NCBI GenBank assembly: GCA_018396535.1
Contig: JAGTQC010000001.1
Coordinates: 96,001 to 160,000 of the forward strand
Length of the DNA: 64,000 nt
Reading direction: 5' to 3'
Origin: Candidatus Bathyarchaeota archaeon
GTDB lineage: Archaea > Thermoproteota > CALKCG01 > B24 > DRYS01
How positions within the stretch are numbered: the first letter of the stretch is position 1; each line of letters begins with the position of its first letter. This document shows, piece by piece, positions 30,959 through 40,754 of the stretch. Under the pieces are notes generated by a model that had not been told where the DNA came from, searched no databases, and was given only the letters and a program-made list of their open reading frames with translations. Both the position numbers and the translations under genes were made by a program.

Positions 30959-31642
30959 CTATTCTAACTGATCTTCTAGACGTAAACTCCAAAGAATACC
31001 GCCTAAAAGATGTTTCTGAAACCATTTTTCACGCCAAAGCTTCGTGAAATGTCCGAACCCGGTGTAGAATATCCGCCCGGAACCATAGCCATGACACCAT
31101 GCTAAAGCATAATAATGATCACTTCTTGTACCCTTACTCAGATCTACAGATGAATTATCAAGACGTATAAGTGTATGCGTACGACTAGGATCCCAATCTT
31201 TGAACGTGTATATTTCCTCCACTACTTTAAACCTAGAAGGTAGATGCTTAGTCGATGGGTGGATGTTATCTTCGACTATCACATAAACCTCTTGCGTCCA
31301 TGGATGAGAGTGGAAATATCCTCCAAGCATCTCACCATACTCTTTGAAATTATAGAATGTATCCGCAGCATTATGAACACCTACAAACCCTCTGCCACCT
31401 TTTATAAGCTCTATAATGGTCTTCTTTGAAGATTCTTCGATAGGGGGTTCACCCGTCGTTAAGAATACAAAGCAACTGAATTCTCTAAGTTTATCTTCAG
31501 ATAACTCTCTACAATCCTCTGTAGCATACACATCAAATAGACCTGTACGTTCACCAAGCTTTGTTAGGACCTCTACAGCAGTCGAAATATACGAGTGTCT
31601 AAAACCAGCTGAATGCGTGAATACCAGTACAGTAGGCTTCAT
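30959..31642 (-). CDS. ThuA-domain protein (class I GATase-like fold)
   Basis: VLVFT.SAGFRH, GFVGVH.A.D, GG.F..HP, EEIY and GRIFYT..GH motifs. Confidence 0.88.
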   Translation of the reverse strand: MKPTVLVFTHSAGFRHSYISTAVEVLTKLGERTGLFDVYATEDCRELSEDKLREFSCFVFLTTGEPPIEESSKKTIIELIKGGRGFVGVHNAADTFYNFKEYGEMLGGYFHSHPWTQEVYVIVEDNIHPSTKHLPSRFKVVEEIYTFKDWDPSRTHTLIRLDNSSVDLSKGTRSDHYYALAWCHGYGSGRIFYTGFGHFTKLWREKWFQKHLLGGILWSLRLEDQLE

Positions 31643-31730
31643 ACTATATTTGGTCTATGATATTAGGATAGATAAGGGTTTCACTTCAATATTTTTAAAC
31701 ATAACACATAAACACTATATCTCGGGGTGA

Positions 31731-32987
31731 GTGTCGTATTTGAATAGGCTTGGTATAGGATTCATAGGTTCAGGCTTCGTAGCCAGATTCCATGCAATGG
31801 CTCTTACAGGTATTAGAGAGGCTGAAGTAACGGCTGTATATAACATCAGGGAGGGGAGTGCTAAAAGGCTAGCTAGCTATATAGAAGAGCTTGGCATAGG
31901 CAAGCCTAAGGTTTATACAGATTTAAGAAAGATGCTTTCAGATCGAACTGTAAACGCCGTATGGATACTTAATCCTAATTTCGCTAGACTCGAGGTTGTT
32001 AAGATCATAGCCGAGGAGGCTTCTCAAGGTAGAACCGATCTGGTTGGCGTATGCTGCGAGAAACCTTTAGCTAGGAATGTAGATGAAGCTGAAGAAATGG
32101 TGCGTTTAATAGATAAAGCGGGTCTTCTACATGGCTATCTTGAAAACCAGGTTTTTGCACCTGCAGTAGTGAGAGGTAAGGAGGCTGTATGGAAGTATGG
32201 AGCTAGATATACTGGCAGACCCTATCTATCCAGAGCTGCGGAGGAACATGGAGGGCCGCATTCAGCATGGTTCTGGGATCCTACTCTTTCGGGTGGAGGT
32301 GTACTTCTAGATATGACATGTCACAGTCTTGAAGCTAATCGCTACCTACTACTAGATCCTGAGAAACCGAAGAATTCCCTAAAACCTGTAGTGGTTCAGT
32401 CAATTATAGCTTCTCTTAAATGGAGTAGGGATCCATATACATCCATGCTAAAGGAGAGGTATAACGTAGATTATAAGAAGATTCCTGCAGAAGATTACGC
32501 TCTAACTACCGTAGTGTACGAAGATGATGATGGAGTAATAGTGTTAGCAGAGGCTAGGACTTCATGGAGCTTCGTAGGTCCAGGCCTAAGGCTTACATTC
32601 GAAGTTTTAGGGCCAGAGTATTCTATAACGATAAATAGCCTACAACAAGAGTTGAATGTATTCTTTAGTAGAAATGTGAAGATACCTCCGACTGAAGAGT
32701 TTGTAGAAAAGCAGGCAGCTGAACAGGGACTTATGCCTATTATACCTAACGAAGCCGTAACCTATGGGTATCAGGATGAAGATAGACATATGGTTGAATG
32801 CTTCCTGAAGGGAAAGGAGCCTAGAGAAGATTGGATGGATGGTTTACTGATAGTTCAATTAATGATGGCTGCATACCTGTCAGCTGAGAGAGGCAGGCGA
32901 ATCGCATTTAACCCAGAAGAACTTAGAGGATATAGACCACAGGTGGCTAAAGGTGAATGGAAACCTAAATCTATAATCGAAGTCTAA
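31731..32987 (+). CDS. Gfo/Idh/MocA family NAD(P)-dependent oxidoreductase
   Basis: GFIGSGFVA, CEKP and GGGVLLDM.CH motifs. Confidence 0.92.
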   Translation: MSYLNRLGIGFIGSGFVARFHAMALTGIREAEVTAVYNIREGSAKRLASYIEELGIGKPKVYTDLRKMLSDRTVNAVWILNPNFARLEVVKIIAEEASQGRTDLVGVCCEKPLARNVDEAEEMVRLIDKAGLLHGYLENQVFAPAVVRGKEAVWKYGARYTGRPYLSRAAEEHGGPHSAWFWDPTLSGGGVLLDMTCHSLEANRYLLLDPEKPKNSLKPVVVQSIIASLKWSRDPYTSMLKERYNVDYKKIPAEDYALTTVVYEDDDGVIVLAEARTSWSFVGPGLRLTFEVLGPEYSITINSLQQELNVFFSRNVKIPPTEEFVEKQAAEQGLMPIIPNEAVTYGYQDEDRHMVECFLKGKEPREDWMDGLLIVQLMMAAYLSAERGRRIAFNPEELRGYRPQVAKGEWKPKSIIEV

Positions 32988-33049
32988 CCTTATGGGTTGA
33001 AAAGGGGAAAACCTTAAAGATAAGCTTAGATCTAGTAGAGGCTAGTAAG

Positions 33050-33127
33050 GGGCCCGTAGCTCAGCCAGGATAGAGTGCCGGGCTTTTAACCCGGTGGTCA
33101 CGGGTTCGAATCCCGTCGGGCCCGCCA
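33050..33127 (+). tRNA. tRNA-Lys(UUU), CCA encoded, no intron
   Basis: GGGCCCG acceptor stem, CCGGG-CTTTTAA-CCCGG anticodon arm, GTTCGAATC T-loop. Confidence 0.97.
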
Positions 33128-33436
33128 ACCCTCTACTAAAGCATGACGAAAAGTAACATCTTACTCTAGTTTAGACCATAAATCCTTACTAACAGAATAC
33201 ATGAAGTAATGCATTTTAAAATAATGTAAGCTGTATATCGTACCTGAGGTTAGATATAGAGGCTGCATAAATTTTGAGGATTGGTATAGGTTATGATTAT
33301 AAAAGTTAAGTTGAAGGCGTAATCTAAAGACATAGAGGAAAACTAGAATTACGAGTTACAGTTCTCGCAAAATAACGTTTTCGAAATATCTATATTATAG
33401 CTACCAACTCTGACAAGCTTTGTAAACAGGTTGAAG

Positions 33437-34252
33437 TTATATAATAGATCCTGTATGACGCCGATTCCACTCTTCTATTCTATCCGGTGAGGAGTATATG
33501 TTGACGCGCCCTTCCCTAGCAAATCCTATAAGAGTTAAACCGAAGGTTTCAGCTATCTTTACACCCATACTTGTAGGAGCTGATAACGAGACTAGAATAG
33601 GTATTTTCATCTGAACAGCTTTTATAACTATTTCTGAAGAAAGTCTGCCAGTAGATGCAAGTAGTAGTTTACTAAAATCTAAATTCTTCATCGCAGCTTC
33701 ACCGATAGCTTTATCGATAGCGTTATGTCTACCTATATCTTCGGCAAATGCCACTACTCTACATTCTTCATCTATCAAGGTAGCTGCGTGAGTCCCACCC
33801 GAAACTTTAAAAATAGATGATTTAGAATTTAGTATATCAACTGCTTTAAGAATTGTTTCAATGCTAAATATAATTTTATTAAACCTTATTTTTTGTATAA
33901 CCTCTAATATATGTGACGGAATGCTTTCACTACTATAAAATATAGATATTAATGTTGGTTTTTTAAAGAAATTGAAAAATTTTTCTTCGGATAATTTAAC
34001 ATATGCATTCTTTTCAGAAAACCTAATTTCTAAAATATCTCTAATATCATCTATAATACCATTTGTTAATAGATAGCCTATTATAAGTTCTTTAATCTGC
34101 AAAGGAAGGCAATGGAATGTGACACAGAGATTATTGTTAATGTATAAATTTATGATAGCTTCGACAGCTATAACATCTTTTAAAACTTCAAAATCCATTT
34201 TAGTTTGATTAAATCTTAAAATCTCATGTTCAATAAGCATCTTCTCACCCAC
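33437..34252 (-). CDS. fdhD: FdhD/NarQ sulfurtransferase (formate dehydrogenase accessory protein), Cys loop apparently missing
   Basis: GGTHAA, EDIGRHNAIDK.IG, TGR.SSE and SAPT motifs. Confidence 0.88.
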   Translation of the reverse strand: MGEKMLIEHEILRFNQTKMDFEVLKDVIAVEAIINLYINNNLCVTFHCLPLQIKELIIGYLLTNGIIDDIRDILEIRFSEKNAYVKLSEEKFFNFFKKPTLISIFYSSESIPSHILEVIQKIRFNKIIFSIETILKAVDILNSKSSIFKVSGGTHAATLIDEECRVVAFAEDIGRHNAIDKAIGEAAMKNLDFSKLLLASTGRLSSEIVIKAVQMKIPILVSLSAPTSMGVKIAETFGLTLIGFAREGRVNIYSSPDRIEEWNRRHTGSII

Positions 34253-34746
34253 TCCTAGGGTCTACGACTGAATACTCTCTTCAATCCAAAGAAGGCCTTA
34301 ATAAATTTTTAACTATCACTATCAGTGAATCTACAATATCATATATAGTTTATGTAATAGAAGTGGATGTGTAAACTTTAAAATAATGTTAGCTACATTT
34401 CTATCAGATAATACTTTATTACTCTGAATTTTATCAACGATAATTAATAACTATTGCTTTAAACAACCAATGTTTATTGCAGATGATCAGCTGGCTATAA
34501 TTTACATCAACTGACTAGTAGAATGTTACAAGCAAGTTGAAGATTAGTTGAGATTGCTAGTTAAGCTAGCCTCTACCTTAGATACGTACAGGGGTAGACT
34601 AATGTGTAGACTTTATTTTTGATGAGAAAGAATTGTAGCCCATACTCTATATCGATGAATGCTCTACTAGTAATCCTTTGTCAATACGTTGGCGATAAGA
34701 ATTTAAGAACGATAGATACTTACTTCAGAGATTTTGGGATGAAACA

Positions 34747-35676
34747 ATGAGTCTCCAATCTAGTCTGATAGATAAGATTCAAAAGTTAAAGCGTGAAAAG
34801 AGGGCAATTATACTAGCTCATAACTATCAACGTCCAGAAGTTCAAGATATCGCGGATTTTGTCGGAGATAGCTTAGAATTATCCCTATATGCGATGCAGA
34901 CAGATGCCAGAACGATAGTTTTCTGCGGTGTAAACTTCATGGCTGAAACAGCTGTGATCCTAAACCCAGATAAGAAGGTTCTCATACCGGATATCAATGC
35001 TTTATGCCCAATGGCTTCAATGCTACCAGCAGATCTAATGAAGCTGTATAGGCGTAAGTATCCTAAAGCGAAAATCGTTCTATACATAAATAGTCTAGCC
35101 GAAGCTAAAGCCTACTCTGACGCGATATGTACATCGGCTAACGCAACTGAAGTAGTAGATCAAATAGATTCTGAAGTAGTCCTATTCGGACCTGATATAA
35201 ACTTGGCAAGATATGTACAGATGAAATCTAGTAAGAAGATAATACCGATACCACAATATGGCTTCTGTCCAGTACATAAATTATTCAGTAAGAGAGAGGT
35301 TTTACGTTTAAAACAGATTTATCCAGATGCCGAGGTTATGGCGCATCCTGAGTGTGATCCTGAAGTTTGGGAAGTTGCGGATTTCATCGGTAGCACATCT
35401 AAGATGTATGCAAGAACACTAACGTCTAGAGCGAATAAATTTATCGTAGCTACTGAAATAGGAATATTGCATAGATTGAAGAAGGGTAGAAATGATGCGA
35501 CATTCATACCAGCCTACGAAGAAGCTATCTGCGTAAACATGAGACTTCACACTCTCGAGAAAGTTTATCTTTGTCTAAAAGATGAAAAATATGAGGTAAA
35601 AATTCCAGAAAAAATAGTAGCAAAAGGACGAGAACCAATAGAATTTATGTTTAAGATCCAAAAATACAAAAAATAA
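34747..35676 (+). CDS. nadA: Quinolinate synthase
   Basis: LAHNYQ, FCGV.FMAE, three Fe-S cysteines (CPMA, CPVH, CVNM) and HPEC. Confidence 0.96.
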   Translation: MSLQSSLIDKIQKLKREKRAIILAHNYQRPEVQDIADFVGDSLELSLYAMQTDARTIVFCGVNFMAETAVILNPDKKVLIPDINALCPMASMLPADLMKLYRRKYPKAKIVLYINSLAEAKAYSDAICTSANATEVVDQIDSEVVLFGPDINLARYVQMKSSKKIIPIPQYGFCPVHKLFSKREVLRLKQIYPDAEVMAHPECDPEVWEVADFIGSTSKMYARTLTSRANKFIVATEIGILHRLKKGRNDATFIPAYEEAICVNMRLHTLEKVYLCLKDEKYEVKIPEKIVAKGREPIEFMFKIQKYKK

Positions 35677-35779
35677 TAAATTTATTGTACTTTGATGATG
35701 ATTATTCCAAATATATTCTAACTTACTATCTATACGTTTTAACTATAAGTAATTATAATTTTTACATTGTTATAATTTT

Positions 35780-36598
35780 TTATTTATCATTAATTGTTGA
35801 TTTCTTGAGGATCCTAACGTATTTTTTAAGCTTTGACAGCATTTCTATATCGTTATTAATATTACCTTCTATAATTTGAATTATTTTACTTCCAACTATC
35901 GCACCATCAGCTCCGTTATCGATGATGGCTCTAATATGGGATGGCTTAGATATCCCAAAACCTACGGCTATGGGTATTCTTCCGTTGGATATCGAGGAGG
36001 CTCTTCTTATAAAATTGATACTCTCTTTCCTAAGCCTTTCTCTAGCACCTGTAACGCCGAATACTGAAACTAGATAGGTGAAACCTGAAGAGTATTCGAT
36101 TATCTTCTCTAGACGTTCATCCGATGTAGATGGTGCAGCGAGGAATATGGTAGCTACATCGTATCTATCAGCTACGGCTCTATACTCCGAGGACTCCTCG
36201 ATAGGCATATCTGGGACGATTACACCATCGATTTTATTCTCTCTAACATTATTAAAGAAATTTTCTAATCCCATCCTGAATATTATGTTATAATATGTTA
36301 ATATAATGATCGGTATATTTGGATGCATTATATGAATTCTTCTAGCTAAATCTAGAACCTTAGATGGCCTTACACCAGCTTTTAATGCTCTTAAAGTAGC
36401 ACGTTGGATAACTGGTCCATCAACTATCGGATCTGAAAACGGTATGCCAAGCTCGAGCATATCGATTCCACCTTCGATTAGTGCATGGACTATCGCTAAT
36501 GTATAGCTTAATGTTGGATCCCCACATATGATAAATCCTATTAACGCGCCTTCACTACGCTTCTTCAAATTCCTAAATTTTTCTTCTATAAGCCTCAT
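35780..36598 (-). CDS. trpA: Tryptophan synthase alpha chain
   Basis: [20 protein letters not shown] and VGFGI motifs. Confidence 0.95.
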   Translation of the reverse strand: MRLIEEKFRNLKKRSEGALIGFIICGDPTLSYTLAIVHALIEGGIDMLELGIPFSDPIVDGPVIQRATLRALKAGVRPSKVLDLARRIHIMHPNIPIIILTYYNIIFRMGLENFFNNVRENKIDGVIVPDMPIEESSEYRAVADRYDVATIFLAAPSTSDERLEKIIEYSSGFTYLVSVFGVTGARERLRKESINFIRRASSISNGRIPIAVGFGISKPSHIRAIIDNGADGAIVGSKIIQIIEGNINNDIEMLSKLKKYVRILKKSTINDK

Positions 36599-37794
36599 AT
36601 CCTAACACCTAGACATTTTGCAATAACTTCAACATCCTTATCTCCTCTCCCAGATAACGTGACAACTATTATATCATCTCTACTCATATTTGGTGCAATC
36701 TTCATAGCGTAAGCCAGTGCATGCGAAGGCTCTAAAGCTGGTATTATACCCTCACTCCTCGATAACTCAAGGAAGGCGTTTACAGCATCCATATCTGTTA
36801 CAGCCACATACTTAGCACGCCCTATTTCCTTTAGGAACGCATGTTCAGGACCAACACCGGGATAGTCTAGACCAGCTGATATACTATGTGTTGTCATTAT
36901 TTGTCCATCATCATCCTGCAAGATATACGTTCTCATACCATGGAAGATACCTTCTGAGCCAGCGCAGAGAGAGGCTGCATGCCTTCCAGTCTCTATACCC
37001 TCGCCTGCGGCTTCAACACCGTACATCTCAACATCTGGATCGTCTAAGAATGGGTAAAACGCGCCTATAGCATTGCTGCCACCGCCAACACAGGCGATTA
37101 ATACATCCGGTAGCCTACCCTCCTTCTCTAGGATCTGCTTCCTAATCTCACGCCCTATAATGCTCTGAAAATCTCGGACGATCATTGGGTAGGGATGTGG
37201 CCCGACAACAGAACCTATGAGATAGTATGTTGTCTGAACATTAGTAACCCAATCTCTAAGGGCTTCATTAATCGCATCTTTAAGGGTCTTTGAACCTAAT
37301 TCAACTGGATGAACCTTAGCGCCGAGAAGCTCCATCCTAAAAACGTTCAATCTTTGCCGCTTCATATCCTCAGAACCCATGTATATCTCTGCCCTTAAAC
37401 CTAAAGCAGCACAGGCCATAGCCGTAGCAACACCATGCTGGCCTGCACCTGTTTCAGCTATCACCCTCTTTTTACCCATCCTCTTAGCTAAGAGGGTTTG
37501 CCCAATAGTATTATTTATTTTGTGTGCACCACCATGAGCTAAGTCCTCACGTTTTAGGTAAATCTTAGCCCCACCAAGCTTCTTGGTTAGGTTCTTCGCA
37601 TAGTATAGTGGTGTTGGTCTTCCAGCGAACTCTGAAAGATAATATCTTAATTGCCTCTGAAATCTCTTATCCTCCTTTGCTAATAAATATGCTTCTTCAA
37701 GCTCCATGAGAGCCGCTATGAGGGTTTCGGGAACATATCTACCTCCAAATCTACCATACTTCCCATCTATCGGATACTCGCTTAGCTTAGGCAT
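36595..37794 (-). CDS. trpB: Tryptophan synthase beta chain (TrpB1 type)
   Basis: KREDL.H.GAHKINN (PLP Lys), AETGAGQHG and [11 protein letters not shown] motifs. Confidence 0.97.
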   Translation of the reverse strand: MPKLSEYPIDGKYGRFGGRYVPETLIAALMELEEAYLLAKEDKRFQRQLRYYLSEFAGRPTPLYYAKNLTKKLGGAKIYLKREDLAHGGAHKINNTIGQTLLAKRMGKKRVIAETGAGQHGVATAMACAALGLRAEIYMGSEDMKRQRLNVFRMELLGAKVHPVELGSKTLKDAINEALRDWVTNVQTTYYLIGSVVGPHPYPMIVRDFQSIIGREIRKQILEKEGRLPDVLIACVGGGSNAIGAFYPFLDDPDVEMYGVEAAGEGIETGRHAASLCAGSEGIFHGMRTYILQDDDGQIMTTHSISAGLDYPGVGPEHAFLKEIGRAKYVAVTDMDAVNAFLELSRSEGIIPALEPSHALAYAMKIAPNMSRDDIIVVTLSGRGDKDVEVIAKCLGVRI

Positions 37795-37798
37795 TTCC

Positions 37799-38310
37799 TC
37801 AACCCTCTCTTAACTCTAATAATGAGGGAATACTTTCATATCTAGTTCTGAGATAAAGCTTAACGCTATTAGAGGTAATGAGTGTAGATAGTTCGACCGC
37901 AAATATCGTGCTTCCGACATTCTCAAGCCTTAGACCGTCAGCCATTATAACCAACTTAGGATGCAACATACCTCCAACCCCTCTACATATAGATCACTCA
38001 TCGACAAGCTATCTATGAAACATAGAGTATCACCTTTCAAAGTAGTATATGGATCAGCCTCTATAGCTTCTATAACATGTACTCTTCTAAAGATCTCATC
38101 CATATCTTCGAATAATTCCCTGCGAATTTCGAGAATTTGTTCAAGGCTTTTGAAAGCTGTGACCATAACCCCTATGACAAATAGTAAGACAGCTTTCAGG
38201 AACTTGAAGATAACGAAACTGAATAAGTCTATCCCAGCCTTAACCGAGATGCCTACATCCTCCAGCTTAGTTATCTCATGTATCTCAACTCTAACTTTCC
38301 TCATAGGCAT
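37799..38310 (-). pseudogene. trpF: Frameshifted, degenerate phosphoribosylanthranilate isomerase
   Basis: N-part RKVRVEIHEITKLED.....AGID matches VKICGIT..ED...AGAD with the Cys lost. The C-part is in another frame, HPKLVIMADGLRLENV (= P.ILAGGL..ENV), ending at TGA 37799. It sits in the trpF position between trpC and trpB. Confidence 0.8.
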
Positions 38311-39097
38311 TCACCAAACTAGCAACGAATTCTCTGATATCTACAGCAGACATAATGGCTGTACCAACTAGGAAAGCATCTACACCACATCTCTTCAAAA
38401 AGCGTACATCATCCGGCGATCTTATACCACTCTCACTAATGATCGGCCTATTTCCTATCTCAACTCTACTAAACTTCTCTAGAACATTTTTTGTCGTATT
38501 TATGTCGACTTTAAATGATCTAAGATCCCTATTATTTATTCCAATCATATCTGCGTCTGTCGATAAAGCTGACCTAAATTCTTCTATATCATGAACTTCG
38601 AGTAGAACTTCAAGCTTTAGTTCATGGGAAAAGTTTATCATACTTTCAATATCTATCTCGCAGTATCCCCGTTTAAAGAGCCCCATTATTAGGAGAACTG
38701 CGTCAGCGCCTAAAATGTATGCAGCATCTATCTGGCATCTGCTTAGGATTATATCCTTCATGAGTATGGGAACATTAACTAGTGAACTGACCTTAGCTAA
38801 GGTTTCAAGCGAACCCGAGAAATATCTCGGCTCAGTTAAGATAGATATTCCTACAACCCCCGCTTCAACCATATCCCTAGCTATACCCTCAACATCTCTA
38901 TCAGTTCTCAAAAACCCGGATGATGGAGATGAAAACTTAATCTCCGATATTATAGCAGCCCTCCTACAACTTAGTATAGCTTCCTTCAGACTTTTTCTAG
39001 GACGTTGGATAAGCTTGGTTACGGAGCTGACATTATAATATCCGCTTTCTATATTCTCTACGGCTGCTTCTGCTAGAAGATCGAGGAAGTCACCCAT
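38291..39097 (-). CDS. trpC: Indole-3-glycerol phosphate synthase
   Basis: ISEIK..SPS.G, SILTE..YF.GS, LMKD, GINNRDL and SESGI motifs. Confidence 0.95.
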   Translation of the reverse strand: MGDFLDLLAEAAVENIESGYYNVSSVTKLIQRPRKSLKEAILSCRRAAIISEIKFSSPSSGFLRTDRDVEGIARDMVEAGVVGISILTEPRYFSGSLETLAKVSSLVNVPILMKDIILSRCQIDAAYILGADAVLLIMGLFKRGYCEIDIESMINFSHELKLEVLLEVHDIEEFRSALSTDADMIGINNRDLRSFKVDINTTKNVLEKFSRVEIGNRPIISESGIRSPDDVRFLKRCGVDAFLVGTAIMSAVDIREFVASLVNAYEES

Positions 39098-40151
39098 ACT
39101 TCTTCTCAAGCTCCTCAAGTCTCGAGAAGTCACCGCCATATCTCTTAATCAACTCTCTAAGCTTCTTATACGCAGACCCGCTCTCGATAGACTCAAACGC
39201 AAGATCTACACCATGTTTAAAGTCATCAGCCTTACCTCCAATGATCAGTGCTGCTGATGAATTTATGAGGACCATCCTGAGCTTCGGATCATCGATGTCA
39301 GGGCTACAGTATAGTAGTCTAAACGAGTCCTCGACATACTCTTCAGGGTTATATACAACTATGTCAAGCAATTCAGCAGGCTTCATACCAAAGTCTTTAG
39401 GAGTGACTTCAAGAAACTCTACACTATCATACTTTAGCCAAGCTATGGATGTTCTACCAATAATCGATATCTCATCAAGCCCATCAACTCCATGAACCAC
39501 CATAACCTCCTCAGAGCCAAGCTTCTTCAACACAAGCACAATAGGTTTAAGCCAAGCTTTATCGAAGACACCTAGGAGCTGCGCTTTAACCCCAGCCGGA
39601 TTTGTTAGAGGCCCGAGGATATTGAAGATTGTTCTTATACCGATCTCCCTACGAGGTCCAGCAGCATACTTCATCGCAGGATGGAATTTTGGCGCGAATA
39701 TGAAACCTATACCTAGATCCTCTATAGCCCTTTCAACAATCTCTGGCTCGACATTCAGGTTTAATCCAAGGCGCTCTAGAAGGTCAGCGCTTCCCATCTT
39801 ACTAGTCACGGATCTATTTCCATGCTTAGCTACAGGTACCCCGGCACCAGCAGCGACGAATGCTGCTAAAGTACTTACATTGAAAGTCCTTATCTTATCT
39901 CCACCTGTTCCACATGTATCTATTATCCGCCCCTTAATGCTTGGCCTGATAGCATTGCAGAATTCCCTCATAACTGAAGCAAAGGCTGTTATCTCCTCCA
40001 CAGTTTCACCTTTCATCCTCAAAGCAGTTAGGATAGCTGCTATCTGAGCTGGTGTGGCATTACCGCTCATTATATCCCTCACTACTTCACATGCTTCTTG
40101 ATATGTTAGATTCTGACCTTCAACAACCTTCTTTAAAGCGTCAACTATCAT
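39090..40151 (-). CDS. trpD: Anthranilate phosphoribosyltransferase
   Basis: DTCGTGGD, FNVST and KHGNRSVTS..GSAD motifs. ATG 40151 overlaps the trpG stop. Confidence 0.96.
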   Translation of the reverse strand: MIVDALKKVVEGQNLTYQEACEVVRDIMSGNATPAQIAAILTALRMKGETVEEITAFASVMREFCNAIRPSIKGRIIDTCGTGGDKIRTFNVSTLAAFVAAGAGVPVAKHGNRSVTSKMGSADLLERLGLNLNVEPEIVERAIEDLGIGFIFAPKFHPAMKYAAGPRREIGIRTIFNILGPLTNPAGVKAQLLGVFDKAWLKPIVLVLKKLGSEEVMVVHGVDGLDEISIIGRTSIAWLKYDSVEFLEVTPKDFGMKPAELLDIVVYNPEEYVEDSFRLLYCSPDIDDPKLRMVLINSSAALIIGGKADDFKHGVDLAFESIESGSAYKKLRELIKRYGGDFSRLEELEKKYG

Positions 40152-40738
40152 AGCTCCTTCACCCATTTTAGAAAATTTCCAATAATCTTCCTACCCTCGT
40201 TAGTCAGTATGGATTCTGGATGGAACTGTATCCCTTCTATCGGATAGGCCCTGTGCCTAACTCCCATAATCTCGCCATCCTCAATGGATCTCGCGGTAAT
40301 CTCGAAACATGGTGGCAAGGAAGATTCATCGCAGACAAGTGAGTTGTATCTTGCAGCCCTAAATGGGTTTTCCACATTTTTGAAAATCCCTCTTCCATCA
40401 TGCAGTATTAGACTTACTTTCCCATGCATAATCCTCTTAGCCGGAATAGTCCTTCCGCCGAAGACACATACTATTCCTTGATGACCCATACCTATACCTA
40501 AAGTTGGCACCTTAATACTCAAGTTCAACAGAATCTCTGGACATACTCCAAAATACCTTCTATCAGTCGGTTTTTCTGGTCCAGAAGAAATAATTATCCT
40601 ATCTGGGTTAAGCCCCATTACCTCCTTCAAAGTTATCTTGTTAATTCTCCGCACTAATGGTTCGTAGCCTAGCTCGCCAACATAATGGGCTAGAATATAT
40701 ACGAATGAATCATAATTGTCTATTATAAGAACCTTCAT
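40148..40738 (-). CDS. trpG: Anthranilate synthase component II with catalytic Cys replaced by Gly
   Basis: IDNYDSF and QFHPES are present. The nucleophile elbow reads LGIGMGHQ instead of LG(V/I)CLGHQ. Confidence 0.9.
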   Translation of the reverse strand: MKVLIIDNYDSFVYILAHYVGELGYEPLVRRINKITLKEVMGLNPDRIIISSGPEKPTDRRYFGVCPEILLNLSIKVPTLGIGMGHQGIVCVFGGRTIPAKRIMHGKVSLILHDGRGIFKNVENPFRAARYNSLVCDESSLPPCFEITARSIEDGEIMGVRHRAYPIEGIQFHPESILTNEGRKIIGNFLKWVKEL

Positions 40739-40754
40739 CTAAACCCCCTTCTAA

